64,000 bases of DNA. Origin: Nitrososphaerota archaeon. Lineage in GTDB: Archaea; Thermoproteota; Nitrososphaeria; Nitrososphaerales; Gagatemarchaeaceae. The position numbers were made by a program, and so were the translations under genes. This document shows, piece after piece, positions 46,301-54,761 of the stretch. The notes below the pieces were generated by a model, which ran no database searches, was not told the origin of the DNA, and was given only the letters and a program-made list of their open reading frames with translations. Where the stretch lies: assembly GCA_027320175.1 (NCBI GenBank), contig DAHVLU010000024.1, positions 16,349 through 80,348 on the forward strand, read 5' to 3'. Position 1 is the stretch's first letter; every line of letters begins with the position of its first letter.

Positions 46301-46726
46301 CTAGCGCAGCCTGGAAGCCTTCTGCTCGAGTTCGCCCTTTTCTTTTCTGAGATAAGCGACGAACTCCTCTAGGTCGGCCAACTTCGCCTGCAGGCGCTTC
46401 ATGTCGTTCTCCTTGGCCGCCCTGACCATCGAGCCTTCCATCTCCCTCTGCTGCTGGGCCATCCCCTGGACCTTGGTACTCAGATCCTCGTTCCCCTTCT
46501 TGACCGACGCGAGCTCGTCCTGAATGGACTTCAGCTGCTCCTCGGCGACGATCAGATACCTTTGCTTGCTGATCACCGTCGGGAACTTGGTCCCGCACTT
46601 CCCGCACGTGTACATCCCCACGCGCCTTTCGGTCATCCCCCGCTCTCCCTTGGCGGGCTCGACGATGACGTTGAAGGACCTCGTAGGGATCGCTTCCTTA
46701 TTCCCGCATTTCGGGCAGTTTGGCAA
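46301..46726 (-). CDS. Zn-ribbon (Cren7-like) + coiled-coil protein
   Basis: CPKCG...P.RSF...VGMYTCGKCGTKF followed by a long coiled coil. Confidence 0.7.
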   Translation of the reverse strand: MPNCPKCGNKEAIPTRSFNVIVEPAKGERGMTERRVGMYTCGKCGTKFPTVISKQRYLIVAEEQLKSIQDELASVKKGNEDLSTKVQGMAQQQREMEGSMVRAAKENDMKRLQAKLADLEEFVAYLRKEKGELEQKASRLR

Positions 46727-46801
46727 TCGCCCCTGCGTAGCATGAGAACGTGTTAAAGCTTTACGTGAATCGCGTTGAGGACACGGCCTCCGGGCCGCGC
46801 C

Positions 46802-47086
46802 CTACTGTTCTCTTATCGACTCGAGTTCTGACACCGCAGACCAGAGCGTCACCCTCGCGAACGAGGGCATGTTTGGGTCCTGGCCTACTTCGTCCAGTAG
46901 GCTGATGGCGTTGGCCGCCCTTACTGCCACGCTCTGCTTGACGTCCTGGAGCATCAGCACCGAGTCTTTGACAATCTTCCTGATGTTGCGCGGGGTGATG
47001 TTGGAGTCGGATATCTGCTGGAGGCCCACCACGGCCTTGGCGAGCTTCGCCTCGTTCTCCTGCTGCTTCTTCAGTTTGGCGCTCAA
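46802..47086 (-). CDS. UPF0147 family protein
   Basis: TPRNIRK, VRAANAISLLDEVGQDPNMPSFARVTLWSAVSELE. Confidence 0.92.
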   Translation of the reverse strand: MSAKLKKQQENEAKLAKAVVGLQQISDSNITPRNIRKIVKDSVLMLQDVKQSVAVRAANAISLLDEVGQDPNMPSFARVTLWSAVSELESIREQ

Positions 47087-47183
47087 CGAAAGAACACTGA
47101 TTCGGGCGTGCTTCGATGCAGAGGGATTAAGTGCTTTTCGAATGCGGCCGTCTTTAATATCAGTCGGGCGGCGGGAAGACGCG

Positions 47184-47516
47184 TTGAGCGGCGCCAGGGA
47201 CAGGATGAAGCTCGCAGCCGAGTTGGTGAGCAAGGGCGCCACGCTGCTGGCCGACCCGTGCCCCCAGGACGGAGGCGTGCAGGTCAGATACCGCGGCAAG
47301 GCCTACTGTACGGTCCATGACAACCTCTCGGGACTGACCAAGGCGGCCGCCGTCACCTATGAGGGCGTCGCCGCGCAGATGAGGGAAGTGGTCCTTGCGA
47401 GGCTGAACGATGCCGCAGCTGCACTGGGGACGGAGAAGGACCTCGCCAAACAGGAACAGCTCGTCACGCTCGCTGCGAAGTACCTCGAGCTGCTCCAGAA
47501 GCTTCCTCAGAAGTAG
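47184..47516 (+). CDS. UPF0148/autoantigen p27-like Zn-ribbon protein
   Basis: MKLAAELVSKGATLLADPCPQDGG....GKAYC; usual neighbour of UPF0147. Confidence 0.8.
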   Translation: MSGARDRMKLAAELVSKGATLLADPCPQDGGVQVRYRGKAYCTVHDNLSGLTKAAAVTYEGVAAQMREVVLARLNDAAAALGTEKDLAKQEQLVTLAAKYLELLQKLPQK

Positions 47517-47548
47517 GCCTTAAATCAGAACCTCGGTACTTCCTCGTC

Positions 47549-48028
47549 GTGGTCCTCAGGCTAGGCCAGAAGGCCCCGGACTTTTCTCTGCCTGATTTTG
47601 ATAGAAAGAACAGGACCCTCGGCGAGTTCACCCGGCAGGGGACGGTGGTCCTCGCCTTCTTCCCCTTCGCATTCTCCGGCGTCTGTGACAAGGAGATGTG
47701 CGTCTTCAGGGACGGGTTTGGGGCCCTCCAGCAAGCCAACGCGCGGCTCGTGGGCGTGAGCGTCGACAGCTCGTTCTCACTCAAGGCGTTCGCCCAGACC
47801 TACAACCTCCAGTTCCCGCTGCTGAGCGACTTCAACAAGAGGGTCACGAAGCTCTACGGCGTCCTCCAGGACCCGTGGGTCGGCCTTGGATACAAGGGGG
47901 TGGCGAAGCGTTCGACCTTCGTGATCGACAGGAAGGGGACCCTCCGACACCGGTGGGTGACCGACGTCCCTTCGGAAGAGCCGCCATATTCAGAGGTAGT
48001 GAAGGCGGTCCGGAAACTAGCTTCGTGA
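47549..48028 (+). CDS. Peroxiredoxin (AhpC/TSA family)
   Basis: APDFSLP, FFPFAFSGVCDKEMC, GVSVDS, LLSDFN, RSTFVID. Confidence 0.93.
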   Translation: MVLRLGQKAPDFSLPDFDRKNRTLGEFTRQGTVVLAFFPFAFSGVCDKEMCVFRDGFGALQQANARLVGVSVDSSFSLKAFAQTYNLQFPLLSDFNKRVTKLYGVLQDPWVGLGYKGVAKRSTFVIDRKGTLRHRWVTDVPSEEPPYSEVVKAVRKLAS

Positions 48029-48069
48029 GATGTGGGTTTTTATACGGGCGAGGGGTTTCAGCGTCCAGA

Positions 48070-48426
48070 TTGAGCCAGGGGACCGAGATCAAGCCGATAG
48101 TGCAGCTCACTCCGAAGGCGTCGGAGGAGCTGAAGGTCTACCTCGAGAAGCAGGGTAAGCCAGCGGCCGCCCTCAGGATATTCGTGACGGCGGGCGGATG
48201 CTCTGGCCTGTCCTATGGCATGGTGGTGGACGAGAAGTTCTCCGATGACGATTACGTGATCGATGTGGGAGGCGCGAGGGTCGTCGTCGACAGGTCCAGC
48301 GCTCCGTTCATCGCGGGGTCGACCGTCGACTACCGGTCGGAGAAGCTCATGGGCGGGGGGTTCGTCGTCAGCAACCCCAACGCCGTTTCCACCTGCGGCT
48401 GCGGCGAGTCTTTCAAGACGGCCTAG
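48070..48426 (+). CDS. HesB/IscA Fe-S cluster assembly protein
   Basis: LRIFVTAGGCSGLSYGM, GFVVSNPNAVSTCGCGESF; TTG start 48070. Confidence 0.95.
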   Translation: MSQGTEIKPIVQLTPKASEELKVYLEKQGKPAAALRIFVTAGGCSGLSYGMVVDEKFSDDDYVIDVGGARVVVDRSSAPFIAGSTVDYRSEKLMGGGFVVSNPNAVSTCGCGESFKTA

Positions 48427-48500
48427 GGCCGTACGGCCCGGGCGTCTCCAAAGAGGCGTGCATCCGCCTCGCAGGGCCTAAGTTGGTCTGGGGTCGATTG

Positions 48501-48631
48501 TGGCGCCGGGGGTAGGATTCGAACCCACGCGACCCGAAGGTCACGGGCTGACTGGTCTTTTGATCTCGAGTTGCGGATCCGCTTCGGAGCCAAGCGGGTT
48601 GCCCGCGCATTAACCACTCTGCCACCCCGGC
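48501..48631 (-). tRNA. tRNA-Ser(CGA) with two introns (31/32 and 37/38), CCA encoded
   Basis: Acceptor GCCGGGG/CCCCGGC, discriminator G, long variable arm GACC-TTCG-GGTC; loop CTCGAGA restored after removing 48571-48600 and 48550-48564. Confidence 0.88.
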
Positions 48632-48658
48632 CCGAGGGAAGGGCGTGGCAGTCCACTA

Positions 48659-49405
48659 TTATCTCTTTGAGCTCGGCCGCCTGTGCGCCAAGGTCCTCGT
48701 CAGGAACCGCGTTGTGAACCCCCACGCCTCCTCCGCGGCCCGACGGTCGTATCGGTCCTTCATCGTCTGATTGAAGAAGTCGTGCTGGGTGTTCGGGAGG
48801 GTCTTCACCGTCAGGTCAACCCCGCGGTTCAGGGCCGCGTCCACAAATGGGGGCATCAGGGGGTTCATCAGGTCGTCGTGGCTGGCGCATATCGCGAGCA
48901 TGGGCGCCGTGGCCCCCATGGGGCTCCGGAGCTTGGGCGGCTCCGCACAATACGCGACCGCCGAGTCGGGGTGGCCCCGTTGGGTCGCCGAAGTCAGCGA
49001 GAGGCCGCCCCCCAAGGAAAACCCCAGGGTAGCCACGCGTCCGTACCTCGACCTCGCGTCGTGGATGGCGTCCATGGTGATTTCAACCAGCCCGTCCCTG
49101 AAGTCCCGGTCATACATGACTGCCAGGACCTCCAGGTCGGTAGCGTCCGCCCCTTTCTTGTCGGCCTCGGCCGCCACCCTCTTCTTGTCGCGCCGCTCCT
49201 TCAGAGACAGGTCCCACACCACGTCCATCGCGCTTCGGATGTTGCGGGGGGTGAGGAGCTGTTCGTGCCCTTCGTAGAGGGACGGCGTGGTGGTTGCAAA
49301 TCCGAGTTTGCCGAGCCGTTTGCAGGCGCTCTCAATGTTCGAGTCCGGCCCCCAGACCTCGTGCAGCACCACGACGCAGCCCGCGCCACCCTCCTTGGCA
49401 GCCAA
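48659..49405 (-). CDS. Dienelactone hydrolase family alpha/beta hydrolase
   Basis: VVVLHEVWG, GFSLGGG, HDFFN...YDRRAAEEAW. Confidence 0.85.
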   Translation of the reverse strand: MAAKEGGAGCVVVLHEVWGPDSNIESACKRLGKLGFATTTPSLYEGHEQLLTPRNIRSAMDVVWDLSLKERRDKKRVAAEADKKGADATDLEVLAVMYDRDFRDGLVEITMDAIHDARSRYGRVATLGFSLGGGLSLTSATQRGHPDSAVAYCAEPPKLRSPMGATAPMLAICASHDDLMNPLMPPFVDAALNRGVDLTVKTLPNTQHDFFNQTMKDRYDRRAAEEAWGFTTRFLTRTLAHRRPSSKR

Positions 49406-49466
49406 CGGGTTGGGCCTTGGGCAAGCGCTTGTTTAAATCGAATGAGGGCTCAGGTGCGCTTCAATC

Positions 49467-49910
49467 ATGAAGGTCGCTCTCGTCTGGTCTTCTCCATCCC
49501 CCGAGAGGACCATTGCGGTCGCCATGAGGCGGTGCTATAGCACCAAGACCATCGAAGAGATTGAGTCGGAGCTCGAGCAGAAGGGCCCCGACTACTGGAA
49601 GTACCTCCTTACCAAGGCGATGCAAGACAAGTCGCTCGACGTCCTCGAACACTTCACGCTGACGCTGCTGCTCGAAAACGCGGGAGACTCGGAGGCGGGC
49701 GTGCTCGCGCGCAGCTTCCCGTATCTGCGGATGACCGGGCTCTCTCGGGGCGGATGGCTGGTTTCGCTCAACGCCAGGACGCTGGTAGAACTCTGGCGGA
49801 GCCCCGCGGGGAAGGCTCTCGCTGAGCTCGTGGTCTCCGAGCTGGACGCCAAGGGTGTCTGCCCCGTCTTCAACGAGGTCGCTTTCGGGGTCAGGGTCCA
49901 TGCGAGTTAA
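49467..49910 (+). CDS. ThyX-like non-catalytic protein
   Basis: PERTIAVAMRRCYS, DVLEHFTLT, SLNARTLVE resemble ThyX segments; no RHR motif. Confidence 0.65.
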   Translation: MKVALVWSSPSPERTIAVAMRRCYSTKTIEEIESELEQKGPDYWKYLLTKAMQDKSLDVLEHFTLTLLLENAGDSEAGVLARSFPYLRMTGLSRGGWLVSLNARTLVELWRSPAGKALAELVVSELDAKGVCPVFNEVAFGVRVHAS

Positions 49911-50430
49911 GCTCCTCTACAACACAGATTTCGGCAGCGTCAAGCGGGTCTTCTTCGAGAGGGGCGGCCCCGTCGATCCCGAAGCGATGCTCGACCACGT
50001 CGTGTACATGTTCGAGATAGAAGACTGCAGCAGGGTCACGACCCACCAGCTCGTCCGCCACAGGGTCGTCTCCTACGACCAGGAGTCCCAGCGCTTCTCC
50101 GCGGCGACCAGAGAGGGCATGGTGACGCCCCCCAGCATCTCATCTAACGAGGCCGCCTACAAGGCCTACGACGATGCCCTGAAGGCGGTCTACGCCGCCT
50201 ATGAGAAGATGATCGCCATGGGGGTTCCCAAGGAGGACGCCAGGTACGTCCTCCCCAGTGCGATCAAGACGAAGCTGGTCATGACGCTCAGCGCCAGGAG
50301 CCTGATGCACATGGTCTGGCAGAGGACCGCCCTCCAGGCCCAGTGGGAGATCAGAGAACTTGCGACCGCGCTCCACTCCCTGGCCAAAGAAGCGACCCCC
50401 GAGCTCTGGACCAAAATCATAGAGAGATAG
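49900..50430 (+). CDS. thyX: FAD-dependent thymidylate synthase ThyX (short)
   Basis: SRVTTHQLVRHRVVSYDQESQR, EDARYVLP, AQWEIRELA. Confidence 0.9.
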   Translation: MRVKLLYNTDFGSVKRVFFERGGPVDPEAMLDHVVYMFEIEDCSRVTTHQLVRHRVVSYDQESQRFSAATREGMVTPPSISSNEAAYKAYDDALKAVYAAYEKMIAMGVPKEDARYVLPSAIKTKLVMTLSARSLMHMVWQRTALQAQWEIRELATALHSLAKEATPELWTKIIER

Positions 50431-50432
50431 AG

Positions 50433-51764
50433 TTGGTCAAGGCCTTCGGCACGGCTGGCGTCAGAGGGGTCTTCAACAAGACTCAGACCCCAGAACAGGT
50501 CTACCGTCTCGCCGAGGCCATCGCCTTCGCCTCGGGGAAGGGCCGCTATGGGATAGGGTGGGACGGCCGGAAGGCGTCGGCCCTCCTGGCCAGGACGGTG
50601 ATGGCTGCCGTGAACGCTGTCGGAAGCGATGCCGACGTGTTCGGGCTGGTCCCCACCCCGGTGCTCGCGTTCGGGACGCGGTCGAGAAAGTGTCTTGTCG
50701 GGTTCTCCGTGACTGCCTCTCACAACCCCGCGGAGTTCTCCGGGGTCAAGGTGTTCAACAGGGAGGGCATGGAGCTCCCGAAGTCAGATGAGGAAAGGAT
50801 TGAGCGGGCGATGGGTGTGGACGTGATGAAACCCTCCGGGGCCTTCGGCCAGGTAATCCCCGACGAAGACGTGGTGGACGAGTACATCGCCGGCGTGGTC
50901 TCCCGCTATCCGAGGGCCCCCCAGCCCCTCCGCATAGCCATCGACTGCGCCAGCGGCCCGGGCGGGCTGGTCACCCCCGCGATTCTGAAGGCGTTGGGCC
51001 ACCAAGTGATCCCGGTCAACGCCCAGGTGTCTTGGCGCTTCCCGGCGAGGCCCCCCGAACCCACAGCCTCGAACCTCGCCGACTTCGCCGCCATGATCCC
51101 CACCCTCGGTGTGGACTTCGCGTTCGCCCACGACGGCGACGCGGACCGGCTCGTGATGATCGATGCCTTCGGCGGTGTCGTCCCCGACTCGATACTCACC
51201 ATCCTGGCTCTGCGCGGTCTGGGCCTCGGCTCGGGGACGGCTGTGATCTCCGAGAACACCTCCACCGCCGTGGCCGAGGAAGCAGAAAGGCTGGGTCTGA
51301 AGGTCCAGCGGAGCCGGGTCGGCAAGACTTTCGCCGTCCTCGCTGCCGAGGGGGGTGTTTTCGCGGCCGAGCCGAGCAAGGTGGTCGACCCGGGGTGGGG
51401 GCTGTGGGAGGACGGCATCAACGCGGCCGCCCTGATTTCGACCCTCCTTTCGTCTGATCGCGGGGTGCTGGGGCGGGTCATGCAGGAGGTCCAGTGGAGG
51501 TTCAGGCAGACCAACCTCAGGGTTCCGGTGAAGATGGATGCGCTCGTCCCTCGCGCCACCGAGGCGTTCAAGAAGTTCAGAATTTCAGAGGAGAGGTCCC
51601 TCGACGGCCTGAAGCTGGTGATGAGCGACGGGTCCTGGGTGATGTTCAGGCCCTCCGGCACGGAGCCGATAACGCGGCTGTACTGCGAGTCCAAGGACCC
51701 CCAGGTGCTCGAGGCCTTCGTCCAGCTGGGCTCTCAGTGCGTAGAAGCCTCTAATACGCCGTAG
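50433..51764 (+). CDS. Phosphohexomutase (PGM/PMM/GlmM family)
   Basis: FGTAGVRG, TASHNP, HDGDADR, RPSGTEP; TTG start 50433. Confidence 0.93.
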   Translation: MVKAFGTAGVRGVFNKTQTPEQVYRLAEAIAFASGKGRYGIGWDGRKASALLARTVMAAVNAVGSDADVFGLVPTPVLAFGTRSRKCLVGFSVTASHNPAEFSGVKVFNREGMELPKSDEERIERAMGVDVMKPSGAFGQVIPDEDVVDEYIAGVVSRYPRAPQPLRIAIDCASGPGGLVTPAILKALGHQVIPVNAQVSWRFPARPPEPTASNLADFAAMIPTLGVDFAFAHDGDADRLVMIDAFGGVVPDSILTILALRGLGLGSGTAVISENTSTAVAEEAERLGLKVQRSRVGKTFAVLAAEGGVFAAEPSKVVDPGWGLWEDGINAAALISTLLSSDRGVLGRVMQEVQWRFRQTNLRVPVKMDALVPRATEAFKKFRISEERSLDGLKLVMSDGSWVMFRPSGTEPITRLYCESKDPQVLEAFVQLGSQCVEASNTP

Positions 51765-51780
51765 AGGTTTCGGGCGTCGG

Positions 51781-53247
51781 ATGTCAGATTCGAAGGCCGT
51801 CGCGCGGGTGCTGGCGTCTGGTTACATGCTCGATGCCAAAGCCTTCGAGATGATCAGCTCGCTCCCGCCGGGCGCCGATGAAGGGGTGGTTGAGAGACTC
51901 CTCGAACAGAAAGCAAGCGCCATGGGAGAGGCGCGGCGCATCACAGTGAACGATGTCGCGAAGCTGATGCCCCGGGATGCTCCTCGCGTTCAGGAGAGGG
52001 TCACCGTGGATGAGCCTGCTCAGGTCGAGGTGCTGTCCGACCCCACCCCCGCCATCGCTCCCGTGGAGGGGGTCGAAGGGTTCGGGAAGCTGTTCCATGA
52101 CAGATACCAGCGTCTCTTTTCGATTGTGAAGGAACGGCTAGACACCAAGAACAGCGGGAGTGTATCGGCGGCGAAGAGCCTGGCTCCGGGCAAGAAGGTC
52201 AGGGTCGCTGGGCTGCTCGCCGACCGCTCCAGCAGGCGCGGGGTCGTAGAGCTCCGTGTCGACGACCCGACGGGGTCCCTCAAGGTAGTCTGCCAGGATG
52301 CGCTCGTGGAGAAGGCTGCGTTGGAAGCGCCTCTGGACAGCATGGTGGTGGTCGAGGTCAGCAGAGGCAAGTCGGGGGGCCTGTACACCGACTCGGTGGT
52401 CCTTCCTGATTTGCCCGGGCGCCGGGTCGTTTCTACCTCTCGTCATGTCTACGCGGTCCTCCTCTCCGACCTGCACATAGGGAGCAGGATGTTCCTCGCG
52501 GACGACTTTCACAGGTTCCTGATGTGGCTCAACGGGAACCTTGGGGACAGGGACGTTGTCAGCCGGATCAAGTACTTGGTGATAGCTGGCGACCTCGTCG
52601 ACGGCGTAGGCGTCTACCCCGGCCAGGAGTTCCAGCTGGCCGAGCGGAATCCGATGAAACAGTATGAAATGGCTGCCGACCTGCTCAAACAGGTCCCTGG
52701 GCACATCCAGATAGTACTGTCCCCGGGGAACCACGATGTGGTCAGGCAGGCGCTCCCCCAGCCCGCGGTGTCCGTGGACATGGCCGAGTCGCTGTACGCC
52801 ATGACCAACGTCAGGTGGGTCGGCGACCCTGCATATGTCAAGTTGCATGGTGTTACGTTCCTGATCTACCATGGGAAGAGCCTCGACGATGTGATTGCCA
52901 CGACGCCAAACCTCGCCTACGACCGGCCCACAGACGCCATGAAGCTCCTCCTCAAGGCGAGGCACCTCGCCCCCACCTATGGGAAGCGGACGGCGCTCTC
53001 CCCGGAGCTCCGTGACTACCTCGTCGTGGACCAGGTGCCAGACGTCTTCCATGTTGGGCACGTCCACACCTACGGCGAACTCTCCTATCGGGGCACCCTC
53101 ATGGTCAACTCAGGGACGTGGCAGGCCCAGACCAGCTTCCAGTCCAACATGGGCCTCGAGCCGACCCCTAGCATCGTCCCAGTCGTAGACCTCTCGAACC
53201 TCCAGGTGCTTAGGCGGAACTTCGGCGCCGCCGGGTTCTCCCCGTAG
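51781..53247 (+). CDS. DNA polymerase D small subunit DP1 (proofreading exonuclease)
   Basis: OB fold, SDLHIGS, AGDLVDGVGVYPGQ, PGNHD, YHG, RHLAPTYG, GHVH, NSGTWQ. Confidence 0.96.
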   Translation: MSDSKAVARVLASGYMLDAKAFEMISSLPPGADEGVVERLLEQKASAMGEARRITVNDVAKLMPRDAPRVQERVTVDEPAQVEVLSDPTPAIAPVEGVEGFGKLFHDRYQRLFSIVKERLDTKNSGSVSAAKSLAPGKKVRVAGLLADRSSRRGVVELRVDDPTGSLKVVCQDALVEKAALEAPLDSMVVVEVSRGKSGGLYTDSVVLPDLPGRRVVSTSRHVYAVLLSDLHIGSRMFLADDFHRFLMWLNGNLGDRDVVSRIKYLVIAGDLVDGVGVYPGQEFQLAERNPMKQYEMAADLLKQVPGHIQIVLSPGNHDVVRQALPQPAVSVDMAESLYAMTNVRWVGDPAYVKLHGVTFLIYHGKSLDDVIATTPNLAYDRPTDAMKLLLKARHLAPTYGKRTALSPELRDYLVVDQVPDVFHVGHVHTYGELSYRGTLMVNSGTWQAQTSFQSNMGLEPTPSIVPVVDLSNLQVLRRNFGAAGFSP

Positions 53248-54441
53248 TCAGGCTGCCGCTTCGAAGGCCGGGTCCTCGGACAGCGTCTTCGAGAGCATGT
53301 CCCTGCCAATCAGGAGTTGTATCTTCTTCGTCCTTCCCCGCCGCCCCTTGCTGACCACCGACGCCTCCACCAGCCCCAGCAGGTCCAGGTCCCCGAGTAT
53401 CCCGCTCATCCGCCTCTGGGTGAGCGTCTCAATGCCGAGCTTCTTGCAGACGTTGCTATAGGCCAGATACAGCTCGCCTGTGTTCGTCCCTCCGTCGAAC
53501 CTGGAAACGGCGTAGAGGATCGCCTTGTTCTGCACCGGGAGGGACCGAATCGCCTCGTCCACCCTGTCGACCTCCATCTTGGCGGACGCCTGCCTGATGC
53601 AGGTGTCGTCGATCTCCTTCAGGCCTTCTCGCTCGGCGACCTCGCCTGCGATGCGCAGAAGGTCTATTGCCCTGCGCGCGTCCCCGTGCTCCGACCCCGC
53701 CATGGCTGCGCAGAGGTTGATCGCTGCGGCCGAGGCGACTGAGGGCCTGAACGCGACCCCCGCCCTTTCCTTGAGTATGTCCCTCAGTTCGTCGACCGTG
53801 TACGGTGGGAAGATGAGCTCCTCTTCGCTGAGGCTGCTGAGGACCCGCGGGTCGAGTCCCTCCTTGAACTTCAGGTCGTTGGATATGCCTACCATCGCGA
53901 GGAAGCCGGGGGAGAGCTTGCTCCCCGAGCGCGTGAAGGCGTAGAGTATGTCGTCTCCGAAGAGCTTGACCATGTAGTCGATTTCGTCGAGAACCAGAAC
54001 CACCTTCTTCTTGTTCGTCTTGATGTTTTCGAAGATCCGGTCCACGACCTCCCCTATGGCCAGACCTGTGAGAGGTATCTGCTTCTCCTTGCCCAGGTCG
54101 AGGAACCGGGCGAAGTCCGCAAGGGTCCGGTACTCCCCGTCCGCCAGCCGGGTGTTGACGTAGGCCAGGACCAAGTTCTGGTTGTTCGCTTCGGCCTTGA
54201 GCTTCTCCAGGACGTAGTTCGCCACCGCGGTCTTCCCCGTGCCAGTCTTGCCGTAGAGGAGGAGGTTGGACGGCTTCGACCCTCTGAGGATGGGCGCCAA
54301 TATCTGAGCGACGGCCCGGGTCTGCGGGTCTCTGAAGGGGAGGTGCTTCGGGACGTAGTCGGGGCTGAGGGCCTCCCTGTTGACGAAAAGGGGTCGGCCT
54401 TCCTTCGCCCTGCGAAATATCTCGTCGATGTCTCCCGGCAA
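53248..54441 (-). CDS. cdc6: Orc1/Cdc6 replication initiator
   Basis: YGKTGTGKT, LVLDEID, FPPYT..EL..IL, GDARRAIDLLR, C-terminal wH GRRGRT. Confidence 0.97.
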   Translation of the reverse strand: MPGDIDEIFRRAKEGRPLFVNREALSPDYVPKHLPFRDPQTRAVAQILAPILRGSKPSNLLLYGKTGTGKTAVANYVLEKLKAEANNQNLVLAYVNTRLADGEYRTLADFARFLDLGKEKQIPLTGLAIGEVVDRIFENIKTNKKKVVLVLDEIDYMVKLFGDDILYAFTRSGSKLSPGFLAMVGISNDLKFKEGLDPRVLSSLSEEELIFPPYTVDELRDILKERAGVAFRPSVASAAAINLCAAMAGSEHGDARRAIDLLRIAGEVAEREGLKEIDDTCIRQASAKMEVDRVDEAIRSLPVQNKAILYAVSRFDGGTNTGELYLAYSNVCKKLGIETLTQRRMSGILGDLDLLGLVEASVVSKGRRGRTKKIQLLIGRDMLSKTLSEDPAFEAAA

Positions 54442-54465
54442 GTGTTGTACAGTGGAAACACTGGT
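54441..54465. promoter_or_regulatory. ORB-like site at the cdc6 start
   Basis: GTACAGTGGAAACACTGG resembles the ORB consensus TCCAGTGGAAAC. Confidence 0.65.
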
Positions 54466-54761
54466 CTAGATAGTCTTTGCGCCGGCGCCCCCGGCGAGGG
54501 TATGTTTTCTGACGGAGTTATGCGCGATTGTTGAGTATAATGGGAGAATGCTCTGGTATTCTTGATGAAAAGGCGGAACTAGTGTTGATGCAAACTGGCA
54601 CCGACCATGACAATCGACGAAAGGGTCCGGGTCGGGCTGCTGCTGGGCTCCTTGGCCGTCTCGGCGTTCGCCGGGCTCGCCGCCGCCCACGGCATGTACC
54701 TTGGATTCCTGGATGGGATAGGCGGGACGACCCCTACCTAGGGCGGCAGGGCCGCCCTCTC

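Noticed and set aside
45346..48631. Integrated element between or next to the two tRNAs
   Set aside because: No integrase and no duplicated tRNA 3' end were seen; the intervening genes look like ordinary chromosomal genes.
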